32,000 nt of DNA from Longivirga aurantiaca (GTDB taxonomy: Bacteria > Actinomycetota > Actinomycetes > S36-B12 > CAIYMF01): positions 150,001 to 182,000 of the forward strand of contig NZ_JBHSTI010000002.1 in assembly GCF_042660085.1 (NCBI RefSeq). The letters are read 5' to 3'. A model generated the notes under the pieces. It saw only the letters and a program-made list of their open reading frames with translations. It made no database searches and was not told the DNA's origin. Positions within the stretch are counted from its first letter, which is position 1. Each line of letters starts with the position of its first letter. Positions 15,190 through 24,618 of this stretch are shown piece after piece. The position numbers and the translations under genes were made by a program.

Positions 15190-16659
15190 ATGGCTGTGGA
15201 AGCCCCTGACCGCGCAGTGACGGGCTGGGACCGCTGGTTCCACCTGACCGAGCGCGGCTCGACCGTCTCGCGCGAGGTGCGCGGTGGTCTCGTCACGTTC
15301 TTCACGATGGCGTACATCGTCGTGCTGAACCCCCTCATCATCGGCACCGCGAAGGACAGCACCGACAACTTCCTGGGCGGCGGCAGCATCGTCCAGTCGA
15401 TCACGATGGTCACCGCGGCCACGGCGCTCATGGCCGGCCTGCTCACCATCGCGATGGGCGCCATCGGCCGCTTCCCGGTCGCGCTCGCCGCGGGCCTCGG
15501 CCTCAACGGCTTCGTCGCCTTCACCCTCGCCCCGCAGATGACCTGGGCCGACGCGATGGGCCTCGTGGTCATCGAGGGCATCATCATCGCCCTGCTGGTG
15601 CTCACCGGATTCCGCACCGCGGTCTTCCACGCCGTCCCCGAGCAGCTGAAGTACGCGATCGGCGTGGGCATCGGCCTGTTCATCACGATCATCGGCTTCG
15701 TGGACGCCGGCATCGCGCGCCCGGGCGTCCCGCTGATCAGCTTCGGAACCAACGGCGCCCTGCGCGGCTGGCCGACGTTCGTCTTCGTCTTCGGCCTTCT
15801 GCTGCTCGCCGTGCTCGTGGCCAAGAAGGTCAAGGGCGCGATCCTCATCGGCATCGTGGCGACGACGATCCTCGCGATCATCGTCGAGGCGATCGCCAAG
15901 GTCGGCCCGCGCGTCGGCGCCGACGGAAGCATCGCCAACGAGCTCGGCTGGAGCCTCAACGTCCCGAGGCTGCCGGACACCGTCGTCTCCACTCCGGACC
16001 TCGGCCTGCTCGGCCAGTTCAACCTGCTGGGCGGCATCAAGGCGATCGGCCTGATCGCGGCGATCCTCGCGATCTTCTCGCTCATGCTGAGCGACTTCTT
16101 CGACACCATGGGCACGGTGTTCGGCATCGCCAACGAGGGCGAGATCCTCGACGAGAAGGGCGACGTCCCCCACCTCGAGGCGATCCTGCTCGTCGACTCC
16201 GTCGCCGCAGCCGCGGGCGGTGCGGCCAGCGTCTCGAGCAACACGAGCTACATCGAGTCCGCGTCCGGCGTCGGTGAGGGCGCACGCACGGGTATCGCCT
16301 CGCTCGTCACCGGCGTGCTGTTCCTCGTCGCGATGTTCTTCTCGCCGCTCGTCACCGTGATCCCGCACGAGGCGGCCACTCCCGCGCTCGTGATCGTCGG
16401 GTTCCTGATGATGACCCAGATCCGCCACATCGACTTCACCGACTACTCGATCGGCATCCCCGCGTTCCTGACGCTCACGATCATGCCGTTCACGTACTCG
16501 ATCACGAACGGCATCGGTGCCGGCTTCGTCTCGTGGACCCTCATCCAGGTGTCCACCGGCAAGGCCCGCGAGGTCAAGCCGCTCATGTGGGCCGTGACGG
16601 CCGCGTTCGTCGTCTACTTCGCCTACGACCCGATCAGCACGGTGCTCGGCGTCTCCTGA
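15190..16659 (+). CDS. NCS2-family (AzgA-type) adenine/guanine/hypoxanthine permease
   Basis: Track ORF of 489 aa. ATG 15190 lies 7 nt after GGAAGG. Translation FHLTERGSTVSREVRGGLVTFFTMAYIVVLNPLIIG...SNTSYIESASGVGEGARTG is characteristic of this family. Confidence 0.9.
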   Translation: MAVEAPDRAVTGWDRWFHLTERGSTVSREVRGGLVTFFTMAYIVVLNPLIIGTAKDSTDNFLGGGSIVQSITMVTAATALMAGLLTIAMGAIGRFPVALAAGLGLNGFVAFTLAPQMTWADAMGLVVIEGIIIALLVLTGFRTAVFHAVPEQLKYAIGVGIGLFITIIGFVDAGIARPGVPLISFGTNGALRGWPTFVFVFGLLLLAVLVAKKVKGAILIGIVATTILAIIVEAIAKVGPRVGADGSIANELGWSLNVPRLPDTVVSTPDLGLLGQFNLLGGIKAIGLIAAILAIFSLMLSDFFDTMGTVFGIANEGEILDEKGDVPHLEAILLVDSVAAAAGGAASVSSNTSYIESASGVGEGARTGIASLVTGVLFLVAMFFSPLVTVIPHEAATPALVIVGFLMMTQIRHIDFTDYSIGIPAFLTLTIMPFTYSITNGIGAGFVSWTLIQVSTGKAREVKPLMWAVTAAFVVYFAYDPISTVLGVS

Positions 16660-16678
16660 CCCCGTCCCGTACGAACCC

Positions 16679-16720
16679 CCGGTGGGGGGCAGCCCCGATC
16701 CTGGGGACGCCCCCCACCGG
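16679..16720 (+). terminator. Hairpin terminator of the permease gene
   Basis: CCGGTGGGGGG (16679-16689) pairs with CCCCCCACCGG (16710-16720). There is also an inner CCCC/GGGG pairing. The hairpin starts 20 nt after the stop. Confidence 0.6.
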
Positions 16721-16837
16721 CGTCCGATGACCCCCGAGCAGGGGTACGGGATGAACATGCGAAGAACGGTTCGTGAGTAAGGCATGACTGGCCGGTGAAC
16801 GGCCCTCATACCGGGCGTGTCGCCCCACCCGAGGCCC

Positions 16838-16870
16838 GTTCACCACCCGTTCGTGGTTTGTTCACTCCAC
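16838..16870 (+). promoter_or_regulatory. PHO-box-like array: three contiguous 11-nt direct repeat units
   Basis: GTTCACCACCC (16838-16848), GTTCGTGGTTT (16849-16859) and GTTCACTCCAC (16860-16870). An inverted unit GTTCACCGGCC lies on the - strand at 16790-16800. These fit the actinobacterial PhoP/RegX3-type consensus G(G/T)TCAYYYR(G/C)G and sit about 90-120 nt upstream of the pit start. Confidence 0.6.
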
Positions 16871-16955
16871 CGAATAGACACCGGGGCACGCATCCCCGAC
16901 ATTGTGCGTGTCCGGGCTGCCCAGGGGGGCCGGCCCTCGCACGGTGGAGACACTT

Positions 16956-18134
16956 GTGGACCTCACGCTGATCGCCGTGGTGGCGGTCGTAGCTCTGGCC
17001 CTGCTGTTCGACTTCACCAACGGCTTCCACGACGCCGCCAACTCCGTGTCGACTGTCGTCGCCACGAGGGCGCTGCCAGCGAAGTGGGCCGTCTGGTTCT
17101 CGGCGTTCTTCAACTTCGCCGCCGTCTTCATCGTAGGTACCGCCGTCGCCAACACCGTCGCGAAGACGGTCAAGGCCGACTTCACGGGCGTCGCGGTCGT
17201 GTTCGCGGCGCTGTTCGCCGCCATCGCGTGGAACTACGCGACCTGGTGGGTCGGCATGCCCTCGTCGTCGAGCCACGCCCTCATCGGTGGGCTCGTCGGT
17301 GCCGGCCTCGCCGCCGGCGGCATGGACGCGATCTCCTGGTCGAGCGTGCAGAAGACCGCGATCGCCATCGTGATCTCGCCGCTCGTCGCGTTCTTCATCG
17401 CCTTCCTGGCGATGTACCTGATCGGCGCCATCCGCAAGGCCACCGGCGCGCACGAGAACGCCAAGCCGTTCAAGTGGCTGCAGCTGGTCTCGGCCGCGGC
17501 GGTGTCGTTCGGGCACGGCGCCAACGACGCCCAGAAGACGATGGGTGTCATCGCAGCTCTGCTCGTGGGCACCGGCCACCTCACCGCGGCCGCCGACGGC
17601 AACGTCGTCGTGCCGGTCTGGGTGGAGTTCGCGGCGTACGGCGCCATCGCCCTCGGCACGATCTGGGGCGGCTGGAAGATCATCGAGACCATGGGGCTCA
17701 AGATCACGACGCTTCACGCGTCGTCGGGCGTGGCGGCCAACGCCGGCGCCGTGACCGCGATCTTCGGCGCCACCGGCCTCGGCGTCCCGATCTCGACCAC
17801 GCACGCTGCCGCGTCGTCGGTGGCCGGTGCCGGAGTCGCCTCAGGCGTCGGGATCAACCTCAAGGTCGTCGGCGAGATGGTGATGGCCTGGATCATCACG
17901 CTCCCCTCGACCGTCATCGTCGGCTTCCTCGCCTTCAAGTCCACCCAGCTGCCTGGCGCCTTCGCCTGGATCGTCACCGGCGGTCTGGTGCTTGTGGCCG
18001 CAGTGCTCATCGGCTGGGCGATGGCGCACACGATCACCGCCGAGGACGTCGAGGCCGAGATCCCCACCGAGGAGGAGCTCGACAAGCCGCTCGAGCTCAC
18101 CCCGCACCTCGAGGGCCACGGCCCGGCCGCCTGA
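16956..18134 (+). CDS. pit: Low-affinity inorganic phosphate transporter (PiT/PHO4 family)
   Basis: Inside track ORF 16902..18134. GTG 16956 has GGAGA 5 nt upstream. Translation LLFDFTNGFHDAANSVSTVVATRAL...FGHGANDAQKTMGVI...ISTTHAA. Confidence 0.9.
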   Translation: MDLTLIAVVAVVALALLFDFTNGFHDAANSVSTVVATRALPAKWAVWFSAFFNFAAVFIVGTAVANTVAKTVKADFTGVAVVFAALFAAIAWNYATWWVGMPSSSSHALIGGLVGAGLAAGGMDAISWSSVQKTAIAIVISPLVAFFIAFLAMYLIGAIRKATGAHENAKPFKWLQLVSAAAVSFGHGANDAQKTMGVIAALLVGTGHLTAAADGNVVVPVWVEFAAYGAIALGTIWGGWKIIETMGLKITTLHASSGVAANAGAVTAIFGATGLGVPISTTHAAASSVAGAGVASGVGINLKVVGEMVMAWIITLPSTVIVGFLAFKSTQLPGAFAWIVTGGLVLVAAVLIGWAMAHTITAEDVEAEIPTEEELDKPLELTPHLEGHGPAA

Positions 18135-18163
18135 GCGGTCACCGGGCCGCCTGCGGCCCGCAC

Positions 18164-18215
18164 GGCGAACGACGGAGGGGCTCCCCTGATCCGGGGAGCC
18201 CCTCCGTCGTTCGCC
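18164..18215. terminator. Bidirectional terminator between convergent genes
   Basis: A perfect 23-bp stem GGCGAACGACGGAGGGGCTCCCC / GGGGAGCCCCTCCGTCGTTCGCC with loop TGATCC. Confidence 0.75.
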
Positions 18216-18225
18216 GCGGTTGCGG

Positions 18226-19206
18226 CTACCAGCGCCAGCGGACGACGCCGTCGTCGTCCTGGGGCAGCTTCTGCCGCACGGAGGCCTCCACCGCGGCGTA
18301 GACCGGGTCGTGCTCGACCTGCTCGGTGAGGTCGACCGCGGGGGCCTCCTCGGCAGCCGGCTCGGTGAGGTCGACGCTTGCGGGCGTCTCCTCCGGGCGC
18401 GGGTCGGGCACCTCGGCGTCCGGCAGGTCGGGTGCCTCCGGGGCTGCGTCGGCCTCGGGCGCCTCCCACTCGGCGACGGGGTGGAGGTCGGGCTGCGGCG
18501 CGGCCTCGGGCTCGGCCGGGACACCCCAGCCGGTCGGCTGCTCGACGACGGCGCTGGGCTCGGGAGCCGCGTCGACGACCGGGTCGAGGAGCGCCTCGGG
18601 CGACGGCTGCTCCCAGGCGGCCACGGGGTGGATCTCGGGCTGCGACGGCTGACCCGCCGGGCCGGGCTGCACCCAGGCGGACACGTGGTGCTCTGCGTCC
18701 TCGATGCGGGCGACCTGCTCGAACGACCACGCGGGCGGCTGCACCTCGGCGACGGGCTCAGCCGCGCGCTCGGGGGCCGGCGGCGGCGTGCTCAGCTCGA
18801 ATGCCGCCATCTCGTACGCCGCGGCGTCCGGCATCGCCAGCACCGCCGGGGAGGGCGGCTGCTCGACCGGGGCGGCTGCGGCGGGCACCGGCAGCGCGGG
18901 CTCGGGCGCCGACGGCGGCGTCGCGGGGGCAGGGGGAGCCGGGGCCGCGACCACGGCAGCGGGGGCTGCCACGACAGCAGGGGCGGCCGCGGTGGGCCGG
19001 GCTGGGGCTTCCGCGGGGGCCTCGGGGGAGGGCTCGTCCGCGGCCGCGGCGGCAGGGGTGCTCGGACGTACCGACGAGCGCAGATCGAGGATCGACAGCC
19101 GGCGCGTGATGTCGACGAGCTCGGGCTCGGGCGACGAGCGCTTTCGGCCGAACTTCACTGCCGCCCCTCCCCGGACGTCGTAGATCCCACCGGACAGTTG
19201 TGCCAC
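18226..19206 (-). CDS. Hypothetical Pro/Ala/Glu-rich protein with repeated Trp motifs and a C-terminal RWRW
   Basis: Track ORF of 326 aa with strong GC3 bias in this frame, whereas the opposite strand gives an Arg/Gly shadow frame. The track start is GTG 19206. An alternative GTG at 19158 has GGGGAGGGG 7 nt upstream. I recognised no known domain. Confidence 0.6.
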   Translation of the reverse strand: MAQLSGGIYDVRGGAAVKFGRKRSSPEPELVDITRRLSILDLRSSVRPSTPAAAAADEPSPEAPAEAPARPTAAAPAVVAAPAAVVAAPAPPAPATPPSAPEPALPVPAAAAPVEQPPSPAVLAMPDAAAYEMAAFELSTPPPAPERAAEPVAEVQPPAWSFEQVARIEDAEHHVSAWVQPGPAGQPSQPEIHPVAAWEQPSPEALLDPVVDAAPEPSAVVEQPTGWGVPAEPEAAPQPDLHPVAEWEAPEADAAPEAPDLPDAEVPDPRPEETPASVDLTEPAAEEAPAVDLTEQVEHDPVYAAVEASVRQKLPQDDDGVVRWRW

Positions 19207-19267
19207 AGAATGGCCGCCGCGTCACCCTTTCGGTCCATCTGCCGCTCGATCGTGTGGTGCCGAGCAG

Positions 19268-19300
19268 GAAGGCCCGATCCCCTAGGGGGGCCGGGCCTTC
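19268..19300 (-). terminator. Hairpin downstream of the acidic-protein gene
   Basis: GAAGGCCCG (19268-19276) pairs with CGGGCCTTC (19292-19300). The inner sequence contains the palindrome CCCCTAGGGG. Confidence 0.5.
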
Positions 19301-19323
19301 GGCTGCGTGCGCGGGGGCGACTG

Positions 19324-19794
<471 letters not shown>

Positions 19795-19946
19795 GAGGTG
19801 CTCCGAGACGTCGGTGTGCTGACACTCCGATCATCGGCAGCACGCGTGCGGGGTTCACCTCCTGGACGTCCAAGAAACGTCCCAGAAGTCGGACGCCGCG
19901 TGCCACCAGTGCTCCGGACGGGTGACGGACGGCCGTCGGGAGGCCG

Positions 19947-21791
19947 TCAGGAGTCCTCGAACGCTGCGACGTCGGCCGTCGAGGACCGCAGCCGTGCGGA
20001 CAGGCTCCGGGAGATCGCGAGCACGAGCTCACCCGCCGACGCCGGGTCGCGGCGGCGCAGCTCGGCGAACGCGTCCGGGGCCAGCACGTGGCAGATGGTC
20101 GGCTCGAGGGCGACGATCCTCGTCGATCGGGTGCTGCCGTCCACGAGCGCCAGCTCGCCGAACGACGACCCGGCCGAGATCGTGCTGAGGCGCCGGCGGC
20201 CCGACTGGTTCTTGATCCGTACGTCGGCCGCGACCTGACCGGCGCCGACGAAGTAGAGGCCGTCGGCCTCGTCGCCCTCGTCGAACACGATCGCCCCGGC
20301 CGTGATGACACGCGTGGTGCAGCGCTCCTCGATCGCCCGCACGGCGAAGTCGGGCAGCCCTTCGAGCAGCTCCTGCGCTGCGAGGGGCACGAGCCCCTCG
20401 AGCATGTCGTCCTCGATGCCGTGCTCGCGCAGGAGCTCGGTCTCGCACCACTCCAGCGCGGCATCGGCGTCGGCGAACCTGTGCACGGTGTCGGGCAGGG
20501 CCCGCAGCGTGGTGCGCGGCTGCATCGTGCGCGGCTCCACGAGCCCCACCACCACGCCGTCCGCCGTCAGCTGGTCGACCAGCGAGAGCAGCAGCGCCGC
20601 GGCGGCGGTGTCGATGCGCGTCACGCGCCGCAGGTCGAGCACGCGCCAGCGGGCAGGCCGAGGGTCGTCGAGCACCGCACGGATGAGCAGCTCGGTGCTC
20701 GCGAAGCCCTCGTCGCCGACGAGCTCGTGGACGACGATCGCCGAGGCCTCGACGTCGAGCACGGCTCGGTGGGCGCGGGGGCGGCCGCGGCGCGAGCGGA
20801 TCGCGTCCGCCCGGTAGGTGCGGCGCAGGCCGCTGCGGGTGCGCTCGGACGGCAGCAGCAGATGCATCCCGAGCCGCTTGGACAGCAGCTCGGCCGCGAC
20901 GACGCCGCGCACGCTGTTGCCGTTGGAGTCGAGCAGGGGGCTGTGCAGGCCGAGGCCCAGCTGGCCCGGGAGGGCTGCCGAGACGCCGCCGCTCACCCCG
21001 CTCTTGGCCGGGATCCCCACGCGGTAGAGCCATTCGCCGGCGTAGTCGTACATGCCGCAGGTGGCCATGACGGTGAGCACCGAGGCCACGACGTCGCGCG
21101 GCACCACCTGCTCGCCGGTCACGGGGTTGATGCCGCTGTTGGCGAGGGTCGCGGCCATCACCGCGAGGTCGCGGGCGGTCACGAGCACCGCGCACTGGCG
21201 GAAGTAGCCCTCGACCTGCTCGTCGACGTCCTCGTCGAGCAGGCCGGCCGACCGCATGAGGTAGGCGATGGCGCGGTTGCGGTCTCCTGTGGTGCGCTCG
21301 CTGTGGAACACGTCCTCGTCGATCGCGAGCTCGTGACCGGCGAACGCCGACAGCCCCGAGTGGATGCGCTCGAACTGCTCCGCCCGCGTCTGCCCGGACA
21401 CGAGCGTGGAGGTGACGATCGCGCCGGCGTTGACCATGGGGTTGAAGGCACGGCTCGACCGGTCGTCGAGGCTGATGCTGTTGAACGGGTCGCCCGTCGG
21501 CTCGACGCCGACCTTCTCGAGCACGGCCTCCTGCCCGCGGTCGGCCAGGGCCAGCGCGTAGACGTACGGCTTGGACACCGACTGGATCGTGAACGGCACC
21601 AGCACGCCGGCGTCGTACACCTGGCCGTCGAGGGTGGCGAGGCTGATGCCGCAGGTCGCGGGGTCGGCCTTGGCGAGCTCCGGGATGTACGTCGCGATCG
21701 TGCCCTCGTCGTTGGCGGACACCTCGCGCCACACCTCGTCGAGCAGGGTCTCGATCGGGCCCCGCGTGCGGCTGGGTGCGGCGTCGCTCAC
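19947..21791 (-). CDS. glsA: Glutaminase A fused to STAS-like and cyclic-nucleotide-binding domains
   Basis: Track ORF 19947..21827. I prefer GTG 21791, which has GGGAGA 6 nt upstream. The glutaminase core reads FTIQSVSKPYVYALAL...NPMVNAGAI...IPAKSGVSGG. This is followed by an anti-sigma-antagonist-like segment (VVHELVGDEGFASTELL...LDLRRVTRIDTAAAALL). The sequence ends with a cNMP-binding segment (GLYFVGAGQV...FGELALVDGSTRSTRIVA). Confidence 0.88.
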   Translation of the reverse strand: MSDAAPSRTRGPIETLLDEVWREVSANDEGTIATYIPELAKADPATCGISLATLDGQVYDAGVLVPFTIQSVSKPYVYALALADRGQEAVLEKVGVEPTGDPFNSISLDDRSSRAFNPMVNAGAIVTSTLVSGQTRAEQFERIHSGLSAFAGHELAIDEDVFHSERTTGDRNRAIAYLMRSAGLLDEDVDEQVEGYFRQCAVLVTARDLAVMAATLANSGINPVTGEQVVPRDVVASVLTVMATCGMYDYAGEWLYRVGIPAKSGVSGGVSAALPGQLGLGLHSPLLDSNGNSVRGVVAAELLSKRLGMHLLLPSERTRSGLRRTYRADAIRSRRGRPRAHRAVLDVEASAIVVHELVGDEGFASTELLIRAVLDDPRPARWRVLDLRRVTRIDTAAAALLLSLVDQLTADGVVVGLVEPRTMQPRTTLRALPDTVHRFADADAALEWCETELLREHGIEDDMLEGLVPLAAQELLEGLPDFAVRAIEERCTTRVITAGAIVFDEGDEADGLYFVGAGQVAADVRIKNQSGRRRLSTISAGSSFGELALVDGSTRSTRIVALEPTICHVLAPDAFAELRRRDPASAGELVLAISRSLSARLRSSTADVAAFEDS

Positions 21792-21952
21792 TGCTGGTCT
21801 CCCGGGTGGTTCGGCGTCTGGTGGCAAGGGTGGCAGCCAGGTGTTGCGCGTGCGTTTCGTTCGGTCACAACCGCCGGCCGCCGCGGCGGGTGAGGACCGC
21901 CCGCGGCCGCTGCTCGCCTAGGGTTCGGGTGACGTCGAGGGCTGGAGGGCAC

Positions 21953-22597
21953 GTGGGCGAGGTGCTGCCGCTCGCGATCGGCATCGCTGCCTCGCCGTTC
22001 CCGGTGATCCCGGTGATCCTGCTGCTGTTCACCGACCGAGCCCGTGCGGCGGCGTGGTCGTTCCTGTCGGGCTGGCTCGTCGGCGTCGGAGGGACGGCCG
22101 CGGTCTTCGTCCTGCTGGCCGAGGTCGTCGACCAGAGCTCCGACACCCCCGAGTGGGCGTCGTGGCTGCGCATCGTCGGCGGCGTCGCGCTCGTGGCGTA
22201 CGGCGTGAAGCAATGGGTCGGCCGCGGGCACCATTCCGAGCAGCCTGCGTGGATGCGCCAGATCAGCGGCGCGTCGCCGAGGGCCGCGTTCCGCCTGGCG
22301 CTGCTGCTGTCGGCAGCGAACCCCAAGGTGCTGCTGCTCGCCGCCGCGGCCGGCCTCGCCATCGGCGCGGACGACTTCACGGCGCGGGGCGACGTCGTCG
22401 CCGTCGTCCTCTTCACGCTCGTGGCGTCCGTGAGCGTCGCCATCCCGGTGCTGGCGTACACGCTGCTCGGCGAGCGGGTCCTGCGCCCGCTGGGCGTCGC
22501 GCGCGACTGGCTCGTGCGCAACAACGCCGCCGTGATGGCCGTCGTCCTGGTCGTCATCGGGCTCCTGCTCCTGCAGGAGGGCATCACCAGTCTGTAG
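21953..22597 (+). CDS. GAP/Sap-family polytopic membrane protein (LysE-superfamily-like)
   Basis: Inside track ORF 21776..22597. GTG 21953 lies 4 nt after GGAGG; an alternative GTG is at 21962. Translation VGEVLPLAIGIAASPFPVIPVILLLF... shows six hydrophobic segments. Confidence 0.7.
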   Translation: MGEVLPLAIGIAASPFPVIPVILLLFTDRARAAAWSFLSGWLVGVGGTAAVFVLLAEVVDQSSDTPEWASWLRIVGGVALVAYGVKQWVGRGHHSEQPAWMRQISGASPRAAFRLALLLSAANPKVLLLAAAAGLAIGADDFTARGDVVAVVLFTLVASVSVAIPVLAYTLLGERVLRPLGVARDWLVRNNAAVMAVVLVVIGLLLLQEGITSL

Positions 22598-22604
22598 CCG
22601 GCTC

Positions 22605-22628
22605 GGCGTACTGCCCCTGCAGTACGCC
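22605..22628 (+). terminator. Hairpin terminator
   Basis: GGCGTACTGC, loop CCCT, GCAGTACGCC: a perfect 10-bp stem starting 8 nt after the stop. Confidence 0.6.
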
Positions 22629-22693
22629 GCGGCGTTGCCGGCTACCGCATCCGGGGGACGCGTCGCCGACGGCACCGCACCTACAGTGGCCGC

Positions 22694-23854
22694 GTGAGCT
22701 GGCCCGCCGATGCCCGTGCGTGGATGCGTGGGCATCCGCGCGCCAGCGACGTCGGCTTCGCGGTGCTCGTCGCGATCCCGTCGATGCTCGTCCCGGCGGA
22801 CGCCCCCACGGGCATCGCGGCGGCCACCCCGCTGTCCACGCTCCTCGTCCTGACCGCCTGCGCGGCTCTCGTCGTGCGCCGCCGCCGCCCGGTCGCGGTC
22901 TGGGTCGTGACGCTGGTGGTCGCCGTCGTGGCGGTCGCGGTGCAGGCGGGCCCGACCGGCGCGCTCTTCCCCGCCCTCGTCGCCCTGTACACGGTCGCCC
23001 TGCTCCGCCCGCGTCGCGACGCGGCCGTCGCGGGTGTCGTGACGGTCGTCGCCGTGATCACGGCCCTCGGCGTGTTCGACGACTGGCGCTCCCCGACGAC
23101 GTACATCGTGCTGGCCTGGGTGGGCCTCGCGGTGTCGGCAGGCTTCGCCGTCAGCAGCCAGAGGGCGATCGTCGCAGCTGCCGAGGAGCGCGCGCAGCGG
23201 GCCGAGGCGAGCCGCGAGGAGGAGGCCCAGCGCCGCGTCACCGAGGAGCGCCTGCGGATCGCGCGCGAGCTGCACGACGTCGTCGCGCACCACATCTCCG
23301 TGGTCAACGTGCAGTCCGGCGTCGCTCTGCACCTGCTCGACGAGCAGCCCGAGCAGGCGCGCGCCGCCCTCGGGCACGTCCGTGAGGCGAGCCGCGACGT
23401 GCTCGCCGAGATGTCGTCGCTGCTCGGTGTCCTGCGGACCAACGACGACGGCACGGAGACGGCGCCGGCGCCGGGGCTGTGCGAGCTCGACACCCTCGTG
23501 GAGTCGATGCGCCGCACCGGGCTGCGGGTGACCGTGCACGAGGAGGGCGGCCGACCGTCGCTGGCCCCGATCGCGGACCTGACGGCGTACCGGGTCGTGC
23601 AGGAGGCGCTGACCAACGCGTACAAGCACGGGGCGGGCAGCGCGGACCTGCGCATCGTCGACTCCGACCCCACGGTCGTCATCGAGGTGACGAACCGGGT
23701 CGCCGGAGGAGCGGTCGAGGGATCGGGGCTCGGGCTCGTGGGGATGCGCGAGCGCGTGCTGGCCAGCGGCGGCCACCTCGAGGCCGGGCCCGACGGCGCC
23801 GGCGGCTTCCGCGTACGCGTCGAGCTCCCGGCGTCCGCCCAGGCGGCGTCGTGA
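22694..23854 (+). CDS. Sensor histidine kinase, HisKA_3/DesK-NarX type, with a membrane-embedded sensing region
   Basis: Track ORF of 386 aa. It has about 4-5 N-terminal TM helices and no large extracytoplasmic loop. The H-box is RIARELHDVVAHHISVV. The ATPase motifs are QEALTNAYKHG and GSGLGLVGMRERV. Confidence 0.88.
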   Translation: MSWPADARAWMRGHPRASDVGFAVLVAIPSMLVPADAPTGIAAATPLSTLLVLTACAALVVRRRRPVAVWVVTLVVAVVAVAVQAGPTGALFPALVALYTVALLRPRRDAAVAGVVTVVAVITALGVFDDWRSPTTYIVLAWVGLAVSAGFAVSSQRAIVAAAEERAQRAEASREEEAQRRVTEERLRIARELHDVVAHHISVVNVQSGVALHLLDEQPEQARAALGHVREASRDVLAEMSSLLGVLRTNDDGTETAPAPGLCELDTLVESMRRTGLRVTVHEEGGRPSLAPIADLTAYRVVQEALTNAYKHGAGSADLRIVDSDPTVVIEVTNRVAGGAVEGSGLGLVGMRERVLASGGHLEAGPDGAGGFRVRVELPASAQAAS

Positions 23855-24537
23855 GCATCCGGGTGCTGCTGGCCGACGACCAGACCCTGATCCGGGCCGG
23901 CTTCGCCGCGCTCGTGGCCAGCGCGTCCGACATGGAGGTCGTCGGCGAGGCGGTGGACGGCGAGGACGCCGTCCGCCAGGCGCGCGAGCTGCGGCCCGAC
24001 GTCGTGCTCATGGATATCCGCATGCCGGGGACCGACGGGCTCAGCGCCAGCCAGACGATCACGGCGGACGCCGATCTCGCCGACGTGCGGGTGGTGGTCC
24101 TGACGACGTTCGAGCAGGACGACCTCGTGCTCGCGGCGCTCCGTGCGGGTGCCAGCGGCTTCCTGGGCAAGTCGGTCGAGCCGGCCGAGCTGCTCGAGGC
24201 GATCCGGGTCGTCGCGGCCGGCGAGGCGCTGCTGTCGCCGAAGGCCACCCGGGCCCTCATCGGCCGGCTGCTCGCTCAGCCGCAGGACGTGCCGGACGCG
24301 TCGTCGTCCGATCTCGACGTCCTCACCGAGCGGGAGCGCGAGATCGTGGGACTGGTCGCCCACGGCCTGTCCAACGACGACATCGCGCAGCGGCTCTTCG
24401 TCTCCCCACTCACGGCCAAGACGCACGTGAACCGGGCGATGGCCAAGCTCGGTGCCCGCGACCGTGCGCAGCTCGTGGTGCTCGCGTACCAGTCGGGCCT
24501 CGTGCGCGCGGGCGACCCGGACCCGCGCGGCCGCTAG
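23851..24537 (+). CDS. NarL/LuxR-family response regulator
   Basis: Inside track ORF 23479..24537. GTG 23851 overlaps the kinase stop (GTGA). The receiver domain reads VLLADDQ...DVVLMDIRMPG...VVVLTTF. The C-terminal HTH reads LTEREREIVGLVAHGLSNDDIAQRLFVSPLTAKTHVNRAMAKLG. Confidence 0.92.
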   Translation: MSIRVLLADDQTLIRAGFAALVASASDMEVVGEAVDGEDAVRQARELRPDVVLMDIRMPGTDGLSASQTITADADLADVRVVVLTTFEQDDLVLAALRAGASGFLGKSVEPAELLEAIRVVAAGEALLSPKATRALIGRLLAQPQDVPDASSSDLDVLTEREREIVGLVAHGLSNDDIAQRLFVSPLTAKTHVNRAMAKLGARDRAQLVVLAYQSGLVRAGDPDPRGR

Positions 24538-24618
24538 CCCGCTGCGCGACGTACTGCGTCTGCAGCAGTCGCGAGAGCCCGCAGCAGGACGACGACGACT
24601 CGTACCCGCGCAGGCGAC

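Noticed and set aside
15023-15220. A 65-codon ORF (MVAETLVVPACFAVLMMARGKL...) in the permease leader, overlapping the permease start.
   Set aside because: It has no SD. Third-position GC is much lower than in real genes here, and the ORF overlaps the well-supported permease start in another frame.
16751-16795. Mini-ORFs in the pit leader: ATGAACATGCGAAGAACGGTTCGTGAGTAA (9 codons) and ATGACTGGCCGGTGA (4 codons).
   Set aside because: They are too short, lack an SD, and show no supporting signal. The region is better explained by PHO-box-like units (GGTTCGTGAGT, GGCCGGTGAAC).
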